The notes beneath the pieces were generated by a model. The model was not told the origin of the DNA and did not search any database. It was given only the letters and a program-made list of their open reading frames with translations. This document shows, in pieces, positions 13,701-24,288 of a DNA stretch of 64,000 bases. The position numbers and the translations under genes were made by a program. The stretch's first letter is position 1; every line of letters begins with the position of its first letter. The DNA comes from the human T2T-CHM13v2.0 reference genome, Homo sapiens. Location of the stretch: assembly GCF_009914755.1 (NCBI RefSeq), contig NC_060928.1. One strand, written 5' to 3'.

Positions 13701-15225
13701 ATAATATCAGAAAATTATATTCCCTGTAAACCGAGAAAAAGACTGTATTAACTGTTTCCTGCAAGAACTAAACATGCAAGCAGCACAAACATTTTCAACA
13801 CAGGAGGAGGGAGACATTATGGCAAACTTTGTTTTGCTGATTTGAAGTTTCATAACACTAGGCAAGAATGCATTAAAGCCTCAAAACACTAGGCAAGAAT
13901 GCATAATCAGAAACCATGGCTTATCAACTCTTCTCAGAGATTCCAAATTTGGGAGAACAATAATATTGATTTGTTAAAAATAGCTTTTCAGCATTCTGCA
14001 GACCTTCAGGTGCACAAAATCATTGCAATAAAATGTTTAAATTTGATTTGAACTCAAAATAATATGTTAGCTGCAAGGCCAAAAATGACTATTAATCCTT
14101 TTAAGATGACCTGCATTTTGGGTAAGTTTGAGATATTATAAGGTGGCCATGACCCACAAATTTGTGCTTGTTTTAGTTTAGTATGCTTTTGTATGCTAAA
14201 CATCAAAATAACTTTTTTTCTTATTCACTCTCCAGCAAAATGGTGAGATTTAGTTCCAGTAGCAATAATAATAAAGACATTATTTATGGGGATTTTACTT
14301 CTGAGCACTGTGTACCTTATATAGGTATTGTTCCACAAATAATTATCGAATTAGACTTCAACAAAGTCTTAAGACTTTCAAGAACTGTCAATGAAATATA
14401 TATTCCCATATACTCTTAGTGTGATTTATCTGGTTGCCTGAACAGTAGCCTCCAGTCATTACATATTTTATAAAATATTCAAGCAAATACATGCTAAAAC
14501 TGACTTAATTTTTAGAAAGAATAACACTAGAAAATGTATTTAATATTCTTGTATTTTGCTAAAGCAATATATTTTAGGGCTGTTGACATAGGAGAAAAAG
14601 AAATGATGAAACAGAAGATATTTATCCTGAAGGGAAAGTCTTTAAGAAAATGCAGGAGAAGAATGGAAAGAATGAAGTGATGATAGCAAAACTCAGGAAC
14701 TGAACAAATAGAGTAGAATAGTTTTGGGCCTTGAATGTTTATTTATTTAAGGTTCAAGTGATTTTAAAACCAGTCATATTTGAAAAGTTTAAGGATTCCC
14801 AGAAGCAGAAGAAATTCTAGATGTAACAGGGCATATTTGGGGTTTATCAAGGGCTGAACTCTGAAGATTTATAAGCTAATTTATTTGCAATCACTGCAGC
14901 TGAATCAGATAGAATGTAAAATACTTTTTACACTGCTAGCTTCAACCACCTGTTTTTTGAAAATCTAAATGTGCTACTACAGCTATGGAAGAGAGAAAGT
15001 AAAAGTTTTGTTGAGAAGAGGAAAGATTTGTTTTCAGCTAGAATTTGTGCTACAAATCTTCTGGAACTAGGTTTTTGGTGTAGAAATACGAGTGATGCTT
15101 GAGCTTCTACTGCTGAGTACATTACAGAACAAACATTCTCCTTGGGAATTGATTTTATTGGACAGTAGGTTTCAGATAGTAAATAAGCATTAGTAAATGC
15201 CTTTCAGTCTAACAGTCTTCAAAAT

Positions 15226-15358
15226 TATATATATATATATATATATATAAACACATAGATACACACATATATATACACATGCACACATATATACACATGT
15301 AAATATTATTACACACATATATCTATACAAATATATGCATATATATGACCATATATGT
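15226..15358. repeat. (TA)n / (CATATA)n microsatellite
   Basis: Seen directly. Confidence 0.9.
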
Positions 15359-16129
15359 GATCCAATTTGATCTTTATAGCCATCCTGGTGATGTGGACAC
15401 ATTAATGTATTTTCATATACTTTTAGAAAAGAGAACTATCTTTGCTACACAGCTATAGGTAATTCTTGGTTCACACATCAGTAAAATGATATAGAATTCA
15501 GCTTTTTCTCATGACTACTGATTTTTCTGTGTGGACCATGTAGGGTAAACCCTGCACTAGGTTCTCATCCTGTCTTCTTTCCTCTCATATCCTACTATCT
15601 CTGAACCATCTATTTCTATCTCCGCATTGCTTTCAAAGTTATTATCTTTAAACACTGTCTTGCTTAAAGTCTTTGATGTTTCCCTATTACTCATGGAATG
15701 GAGTATACATTTCTCATTAGGATAGTCACAGACCTGAGGATTGGCCTCTAATTTGCCTGCACATTTTTACAAACTTAAAAAATTATCCTGGACTAATCAT
15801 TAAGTCATTATCTTCAGTACTTTTAAAATATTAAACCATACATATTTCTTTTAAGCTATATTTCATTGTCTGACCCACAGAGATTCTTAAAGCTTTTCAT
15901 ATCCTAGCTTTTCATTCATTTCCTATCTGTGATCAACAGGACCTGAAACATATATTTAACTTAAATCCAGTGCAGTATCTTGCCAGATAGAAGGCAGTTA
16001 CATGCTATAGAGAGGGTACAGGAGGCTTCCATGCTGAGGAACAAGCAAGATGAGTTGGTGAAATCCAGTCAATGGAGAAAAAAAGGTAAAATGGAGCAGC
16101 CCAGTAAGTATAAGATTAGTAAATCCTTC

Positions 16130-16790
16130 TGTAGCACTTACTGTATGCCTCACCCTATCTAGGCACTTGGCATATGTTAACATCATTTAATCCTCACAAC
16201 AAAAATTTTCCTGCATTTATTTATTTATTTATTTATTTTGTTTAATTTGCTTTTTATTTTGTAGGAATGACTTTTTTTTTTAATTATACTTTAAGTTTTA
16301 GGGTACATGTGCACATTGTGCAGGTTAGTTACATATGTATACATGTGCCATGCTGGTGCGCTGCACCCACTAACTCGTCATCTAGCATTAGGTATATCTC
16401 CCAATGCTATCCCTCCCCCCTCCCCCCTCCCCACCACAGTCCCCAGAGTGTGATATTCCCCTTCCTGTGTCCATGTGATCTCATTGTCCAACCCAAATGT
16501 CCAACAATGATAGACTGGATTGAGAAAATGTGGCACATATACACCATGGAATACTATGCAGCCATAAAAAATGATGAGTTCATGTCCTTTGTAGGGACAT
16601 GGATGAAATTGGAAACCATCATTCTCAGTAAACTATCGCAAGAACAAAAAACCAAACACCGCATATTCTCACTCATAGGTGGGAATTGAACAATTTTCCT
16701 GCATTTAAAAGGAAGGTGAATGATTTACCCGAAGTCATGTATCTGTAGAGTGGGTAAACTGGGATCTGAATGCAAGCAGTCTGGTTATCC
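16130..16790 (-). mobile_element. MIR interrupted by an L1PA2 insertion
   Basis: GCACTTACTGTATGCC...CATTTAATCCTCACAAC before the insertion; TGAATGATTTACCCGAAGTCA...GGATCTGAATGCAAGCAGTCTGG after it. Confidence 0.75.
16219..16691 (-). mobile_element. L1PA2-like, 5'-truncated and 5'-inverted, with a 3' transduction
   Basis: TSD AATTTTCCTGCATTT at 16204-16218 and 16692-16706; 3'UTR on - (16282-16487); inverted ORF2 end on + (16488-16693); GATGAC-GAG-TTAG and CTTAAAGTAT mark it as not L1HS-Ta. Confidence 0.95.
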
Positions 16791-17237
16791 TGGAACAATT
16801 AATACCTAATATCCAAGATATGATGACATAAGACTTCACTCCAACCTCCAGTTCAAATTCCCATCAGATCTAGGTATAGTTTGTTTCTTATCTTTGATTT
16901 TTTGAGGATATATTGTATAAGATATAGCCTCCTTTAGTGCTAATTTGAATATATTTTCACTTGTTTCATCCAAAATAGCCTTAGTGAGACTTGTTACTTT
17001 CCACGAAAAACATTTTCATTTTTAATGTACCTTTTCAGTGTGGCTTTTCCAATGTATTTATCTGTTGAAATTGTAAAGGTGCTTTATGATCTAGCCCAAT
17101 TCCTATTTGTGACTTTTTAGAAATTTCACCCCAAATTAGTATTGTTTTTACACACCTTTGTTCTTAGTGCACTTCTTATTCTATTCAAAGCCTTAGACAT
17201 TCTACTTTTGATATTTTAAGTTCTGTATCTATTTCCA

Positions 17238-17352
17238 TAATACTACTTTGAACCATATCAAATTGTCCCGAGTATTAATATTGTACAAATCGCCGATACT
17301 TGACTATTTTTGACTTACTAAAATGGCAATTTCATGCAGATCAATTTAATAT
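17238..17352. mobile_element. MADE2-like mariner MITE with an internal insertion
   Basis: TTGAACCATATCAAATTG...TTTTTGACTTACTAAAATGGCAATTTCATGCAGATCAATTTAATA, degenerate terminal inverted repeats. Confidence 0.65.
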
Positions 17353-17769
17353 ATTGGAAGAAAATTTACTGACAGAGAGGTATCTTAATGATCTTTACAC
17401 CCTGAATATCTGATTAATGGTAGGTCTTGGTATATTTTGGTGAAATTAAATATTTGTTGGATATAATAAAATTTTAGTACTTAAATATAATTTTCCACAA
17501 ATAGTCTCCTGGAGATAATAAAATGTGTGGAAAAATAAATCCACTATTTCTCCTAGTTTTCTATTTCTGAAATTGTTAGTGTTCATTCCCCCCAAAAATG
17601 CCTGAAATTATTCGGTGTTCTTAATTATGTATGGATAACTACAACTGGGGACTTTAATTGGGCTGCATAAAACATAACAAGTTCACATTTACAAAAAGTG
17701 CATTCATAGGATTTTATTATTTCCCAGTAATATCCAGGTAAATCAGTCAAAATATTACAACTGAAATAA

Positions 17770-18370
17770 AGTCCTAGATCTTAAGACGTTTACAGAATAA
17801 TGAGGAACTACATATAAATGGAGTTTTTTGGAAGCTCGGAAGACTAAATCTGATATATCTGTATCAGGCAGTTATCATGGAAGATTTCATGAAGAAGTTG
17901 CTCTGAATTGGGATTTGAAGGATGAATAGGAATTAGTCAGAATTGGAAGGAATATGGAGTGTTGAAGAATATTACAGAAAGAGTGTGGATAGAATTTAAG
18001 AAAGCTTCGGAGACCTGCAAATAGAACTATGCAGCACAGGGTGTGAGTGGAGTTGGGGGCAAGTGACAAGAGGGCTCATTTAAATATTTAAGTAGAATAT
18101 TAATATTGCATAGTTTGTGCTCTCTAAAAGTAAAAAAAAAAAAAGGAATTATAAGAGAATGTAGAAGGTTCTGGGTTAAATGAAGTGGTTACTCTGACTG
18201 TATTGCGGATGATGTAAAAAGAACTGGGGAGACCAGCTTCGGAGATTACTGTTACGATCTGAATAAGGACAATAAGGACCTTGAATAAGGATGTTGCCAG
18301 TTCAAATCAGTTGGACCGTGGATTTGACAAATGTAGGGAAATTAAATTGGTAGGAACTGGAGACAATCAA
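17770..18370 (-). mobile_element. L2 fragment
   Basis: TGAATTGGGATTTGAAGGATGAATAGGAATTAGTCAG; GGGAGACCAGCTTCGGAGATTACTG. Confidence 0.7.
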
Positions 18371-19359
18371 AGGCTGAAAATCACTCTATTTGCATATTCT
18401 ATAAATTACCAAGTAATGTATTTATCTAGAATTAGCCTGGATCGTTGAGAGCTCAAGTTAACTGTGAATGATGCTTGCAACAAAATCCCCCGTGAACTGA
18501 ATATTTTATTGAAAATGTGTGTACATAGCCTGGAATAAATTGTTATTTCTCCGGAGGCAGTCTTCTGAATGAAGTTTCATATAAATTAAACATTTCATGT
18601 TGATGAGCAAAACACACTTCAAATTAAAACATGAAATAATATTAATTAAACAAAAGAATGCTGTAAATTGATGTTGGCATACATCTTCACCTTCGTTTAT
18701 TTTTTATGAAACTGCACAATTAATGTTCCTTTTAAAAATGAAAGATTAAATACCATGTTGTCATTAAAAAACGTGTTCCAGCCTGCTGTTATTAGATAAA
18801 GAAGGTGATTATAAGGAACAAGCTGAGAATGACAGGAGGATGCTTACTGTGTCAAATTCATGTGTTTTTTTTTTTTAATCAGCATCATGTGGCGTTCAGA
18901 AAAAATATTTTTTATAACATACTCTTTTTTATCTTTCATTTAGTTCAATCTGAAAGATATTTTAAGGTAGGCAATCAGAAATAATAAATGCATTTATAAG
19001 TAGATGTAAACCTGGCCCATATGCATAGGGAAATGATAAATTTTAGTCCACTGAACCCAATTTATTTGCATTATTACCTGTTTTCTACAAGTTAAAGAAT
19101 CTTTAAATAGTTCATAGGCAATAAAAGGCAAATTTTTCATCCTTTACACAGTTCTTCACAATGTTTCTTGGCACAAGAAAAGATGATGATAGGAATAAAA
19201 AAATCTTAGAAACATGTCAAAGCTTCCTCTTCATAATAGGCACCTCGGCTTTCAACATGTCTCTTTTTCCTTGCTTAGTGGGCTGTAGTACATCTTAAGG
19301 CCAAATCCAAGTTTTAGCAGGAGCATAAACATTTATCATAGTGTTAATTTTGTCAAAAA

Positions 19360-19700
19360 CTATACATTGAGAATTTAATGTGTGTCAGTTGCTGGGCAAC
19401 TGTTTATTGGTGCTAACAGTGAAGAAATAATATTGTGCCTGCCCTCGTGGAGCATCCATTCTGTAAGAAAAGACAAACAAGTGGCAAAGCAATCAAATTC
19501 GTGTGATAAAATTGGGGTGATGGATCAATGAGGAAATAAAACAAAGGCAGTTCTCACTTATCCATCAGATAATTGAGAATTTTGCTGGTTACCAAGATAA
19601 GCAAGTAAGAAGCATTCCAGAAAGAGGGAGTATGTGGTGGATAGGCTAGTATGTAAGAGAGGACCCAGATTTAGAGGAATTTACAGAACTTCAGCATCTC
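19360..19700 (-). mobile_element. L2 fragment
   Basis: CCTGCCCTCGTGGAGCATCCATTCT; GAAGCATTCCAGAAAGAGGGAG. Confidence 0.65.
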
Positions 19701-21389
19701 ACATCTCACTTAATGCTTCCTGGATCATTTTGCCAGTTTTGCACATAAGGTAATATGAATTGAAAAGGCTAGAAGGAAATTTGAAATGTCATTTACCTTT
19801 TTCCAAAATCTTCCTTCTTTTTTAAATTTTTTTAACAATTTCTAAATTACCGTGATTCTCTAGTCTATCTTGAAATGGTGGAACAAGTTAGGGAAAGTTA
19901 GCCAAACATTTATAATTTAACAAGAGTTCAATTCATTTTAGTTTTTCCATACTGGCCTATCCTTATCATCATATAGTCTCTACTCTTCAATTCTTCCACA
20001 AATCTCTTAATTTCTCTATCCCATGGCTGATCATTCCTTTTCTAAGTAAAGAGAGCTTCCTTTCCTTCTGGTGAGTTCTATCCCTCTGTGTTTTTTTGGA
20101 AAGTAGCAACATAGGAGAGAGTTTATTCACATAGTTCATAAAACAAAAAGAAAATAATCATTTCAGGTTAATGTAGCAGGGGGAGTAAATATACACTCTA
20201 CACTTTTAACAATGGGAGTTGTATGAAATAATAAAACTCCACTTTTCACAGTAGAGAGCTGTGTACATTCAACTTCATACACTCTATTTATATGACATTT
20301 TTAAGGCCATTTTTCTCGGAGTTTTTCAAACTATTTTGATACACATGTTTATACATTTATTCAGGTTATAGCAGATTAGAAACTGAAGGTTATAAAACTC
20401 AGGTAAGTACTAAATGATAGCAGCAGATATGATATCAGCAGATATGATAACACCATGGGAAAAAAGTGAAAAACAAACGTGACTATTGCAGCATATGGTG
20501 GTAATGAATGGCTGCAATAATGTCTTTAATTAATATATTCAATTTAAATAAAAATACATAATGTATTTTATATTTTTAAATTAAAAACAATTTAAAAATT
20601 AGGTACATAATAATTAAGCTTTAGCTATCTTTGTAATTACATTGGTGAAATCTTCTAATTTTTGATCATGGTCAGTCATATGGGATATAATAAGACTCTT
20701 GCTTTTCATACTGTAAAAATGCTCAATACATTATAGAGCAAAATTATAGAATAGAGTGCTTGGTTAAAGTGTGAACAATCACTAGGAGAAACTAAGGAGA
20801 GAAGACAATATTCTAGTTAAAAAAGCAAATAAAAAAGCAAACTGGGAGAAGCATAGTGATGTCAAGCAATAGTAAGGTATTTTTCCCATCCATGCAGAAT
20901 TAGCAAGGGTTTGTTGGTGTGTTTTGAAAAAGATAGAAATAATCACCTAGAAATTATAGCAGGAACTTTAGCTCTTCTGCCAGGTAGCCACCAAAGCAGC
21001 TCTCTTTGTAAGTGTGCAGGAGATTGCTCTGTGCGCAAAGGTAGAAATGTCTTGAAGAGGACAAAAGTAAATGTTTTGGGGTCCATGATGGTATGGACAT
21101 CATGGGGAGTCTACTGTCCAAAACAGCACTCAGGACAAGTTTTATTAAAGGTGGGCAATGAAACTGTAGGCTATGATTATAACCAGACTACTCTTTAAAT
21201 GTTTTATAAGTGTCATCATATTTTCTGTTTATTAAAGTCAAAATTAATCTGTATGAAAAGTGCTAGTCTGACATTTCAGATATTCCTACCAGAGCTAAGA
21301 AAAGGACATATGCCCCCCAGCACTCCACCTTCTGGATGTTTTGACCTTGCTTTATTTTACTTCACAGCCCTTTTCACTCCCTGAGAAGG

Positions 21390-21882
21390 TAGAGTAGGTG
21401 GAATAATGGTTCCCCAAATTGTTCTCATTCTAATCCTTAGAACCTACGAATATGTTATCTGACATGCCAGAAGGGATTTTGCAGATGTGATTGAATTAAG
21501 GACACAGAGATGCAGAGATTATCTTGGATAATCCAGATAGGGCCAATCTAATTCCATGAATCTTTAAAAGTGTTTAACTTTTCCTAGTTGCAGTCAGAGG
21601 GAGATGTGACTATGAAAAGATGATCAGAGAGGAAAAATATTGTTCATTTTAAAAATGGAGAAAGCAAGCCACGGACCAAGGAATGTGGGAAGCTTCCAGA
21701 AGCAGGAAAAGACAAGGAAACAGACTCCTAGTACTTCCAGAGAGGAATGCAGCACTGCCAACACCTAGATTTTGGCTTGATGAGTCCTGTATCAGACTTT
21801 CAACCTAAAAAAGCTATAAAATTGTATTTTCAGTGACTAAATTGGTGGTAATTTGTTATAGCAGCAATAGGAAACTAATACA
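21390..21882 (+). mobile_element. MLT1D-like MaLR solo LTR
   Basis: AATAATGGTTCCCCAAA...GATTTTGCAGATGTGATT...TGGTAATTTGTTATAGCAGCAATAGGAAACTAATACA. Confidence 0.9.
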
Positions 21883-22309
21883 TTATTGTGATATTTTTGA
21901 AGTTCTTTTATGTACAGTATTTCACTTGAGTTTCAAAACAACTTCTTATTACGTGTTTTACAAATGGAGAACTAGATATGCATACACATTAAGAAACATG
22001 CCCATGTTCACATTATTTAATCAAGACTAACAGTAAACTAACATTTCAAAAGCAACTTAAACATATAGGTTCCAGGTAAGTATAATATAATTTGATAAAG
22101 TTAAGAAAAAGAAAGAGATTTCACATAAGGAAGACAAATAGCACCCTAGATAAAGATGCTTCACAGAATGGTAATAACTTGGTTATATAGTTGTTCCTAT
22201 AGTGCAGGGTTTGGCCATGCCTTTACAAATCCAGACAGGGATGCAGTTGCTTCACTTAAAAGCAATCCGATCCTCAAGGGACAACTCACTTTCATAAATC
22301 TATTTGCTT

Positions 22310-22895
22310 ATTTAGTCACTCAATAATGTTGCTGAGTGCTTGCTATTTGTTAGGTTTTGGTCTAGGTCCTAGGGATACAGCAGAGTACAAAGTAGACAAA
22401 AATTTTCATCCTGATGAAAACTACATTTTATTAGGAGAAACGGATAAACAAAATAAATAATAAAAACATAATCTATATTATACAGTGATTAGATATGTGG
22501 AGAAAAATATTACAGGGTATGGTGAGCATGTGGTATTTTATCTGGTTGCCTGAACAATAGCCTCCAGTCATTAGATATTTTATAAAATATTCAACCAAAC
22601 ACTTGCTAAAACTGACTTAATTTTTAGAAAAAATAACACTGGAAAATGTATTTAGTATCCTCATATTTTGCTAAACAATGTATTTTAGGAGAGAACATGT
22701 GGCATTTTTTCTATAAGGAGGATGTCCACAGAAGTCTTCACTGAGTGAGTTAAACTGGAACGAGAATTACAACAGTCATCATCTAAAGAAAGCAAGAGAG
22801 TAAGTTATAAAACTCTGGGAGAAAAGTATTCCAGGCAGTGGAACAGAAAATACAAAGACTTGAGGTAGAACGAGGCTGGTGTATTTAGGAACCTG
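22310..22895 (-). mobile_element. L2a 3' region carrying a 153-bp foreign insert at 22537-22689
   Basis: TGAGTGCTTGCTA..TCTAGGTCCTAGGGATACAGCAGAG; resumes as AGTATTCCAGGCAGTGGAACAGAAAATACAAAGACTTGAGGTAG. Confidence 0.85.
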
Positions 22896-22929
22896 TAAGA
22901 CTGTTGCTTTTTATAACACTTTTAATGAA

Positions 22930-24005
22930 TTAATTATTATTTTTATTTCAATAGCAAAAAGTTGAACTTCGATGAAGACTTTTCATTAGATAGTATGATG
23001 TTAAGGTAGTGCTTCCCAATTAGTTTATCAAAATATTTAAGTTTTCCATTTGGATATGAGATTATTGTTTAATTACCAGTGTCTTAGTCTGTTTGGGCTG
23101 CTGTAACAAAATGCCATAAACTAGGTGTTTTATAAACAACAGAAATTTATTTTTCACAGTTCTGAAGGCTAAGGAGTCCAAGATCAGGCTGCCAATGGAC
23201 TTGATGTTTTGTGAGGGCTCACTTTCCGATTCCGAGATGGTGCCTTCTTTCTCTGTCCTCACATGGTAAAAAAGGGTGAAGGAGCTGTTTATTTATTTAT
23301 TTATTTTTAAATAAGGGCATCCATCTCATTCATGAGGCTCTACTCTCATACTCTTGTCACTTCCCAAAGTTACCAACTCCTTAAACCATCACATTGGGGA
23401 TTAAAATTTCAACATCTGAATTTTGGGGGAGACTTTTAGTCTATGGCACTGGGTTTCCAACTGGCAGGTAAGAGCTCTCTCCATATTTGTTGGTATACTG
23501 GGATACTTGGACCCAAAAGAATATCTCATTAAGTGACCTATCAACAGGCAGGCCATTCATTGTTATCTGTCTTGGGATTCCTTTATCATCAATAATGAAG
23601 AAACTTTTTAGAGTATGTACTGAGCATTCTAGATATGCCCACAAACCTTTGAGATCTGATATGTGAAATTGTCATTAATCCAAGTCTCTGTTTTGACAGA
23701 TAATGATTCAGGTCAAATGGGTGTACTGTGAATTAACAGAATATGCCATCACTTTTAAAATTTATAAATCTAAATCATTCAATTCTATCACCAAAAGCGA
23801 TAAAATAGTTTGAACACAGAATGTGAAATCAAGTGAGTAAAAGGAAAAATTCCAGGGTTTTCCACAATAATCATTTTACATGGTCTCTTTGAACTCTTTG
23901 TTTATCACAGCTTTTCCCTCACAAACGGTGTTGGCTTGGAAATCTTGGCTTTGTTGATGTGTATAAAGTTGCCATGTACCAACAACAGGATGCCTCGTTG
24001 GGGTC
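22930..24005 (-). pseudogene. Processed pseudogene of peroxiredoxin-4 (PRDX4), 5'-truncated and split by an MLT1A LTR
   Basis: Minus-strand translation gives KAKISKP..EGKAVINKEFKE, DYCGK..FYSLDFT, IAFGDRIE*FR, SVNSQYTHLT*I, QISK..YLECSVHTLKSFFIIDDKGIPRQITMNGLPVDRS; past the [19 protein letters not shown], then a 3'UTR-like stretch and decayed poly(A). No introns; several stops and frameshifts. Confidence 0.93.
23080..23448 (-). mobile_element. MLT1A-like MaLR solo LTR
   Basis: TGTCTTAGTCTGTTTGGGCTGCTGTAACAAAATGCCATAAACTAGG...CCATCACATTGGGGATTAAAATTTCAACATCTGAATTTTGGGG. Confidence 0.9.
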
Positions 24006-24288
24006 AGAGAGGAGATTTCTCTGAATTGTTGAGTAATTGAATGAAATAGAGATTATATATCTTGTAATGGAGGGTATAACTTTTCAGCGACCATACATAT
24101 TACTTTTGTCTGTGAGAATGGCTCATTAATTGGATGGTTTTTGCTTAGCATGGAATCACATCAAGGGTAGATGACACGTTAAAGATATATTTCATCCTGG
24201 CCATGGTAAAGACAATGGCACTTTCTGTACTCTAAGTGTGCATGCTATTTGCTCCTTCATTGTAAGAAAAAGATTTATTGAGCATCTA

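Noticed and set aside
1141-16186. Numerous 60-112 aa ORFs
   Set aside because: No recognisable domains or exon structure; lengths expected by chance, often with non-ATG starts
20421-20449. CAGCAGATATGATA repeated twice
   Set aside because: Ordinary micro-duplication with no further structure
23441-23644. 67-aa peroxiredoxin-like ORF as a functional gene
   Set aside because: GTG start, a fragment of a pseudogene with stops and frameshifts, and it runs into an LTR
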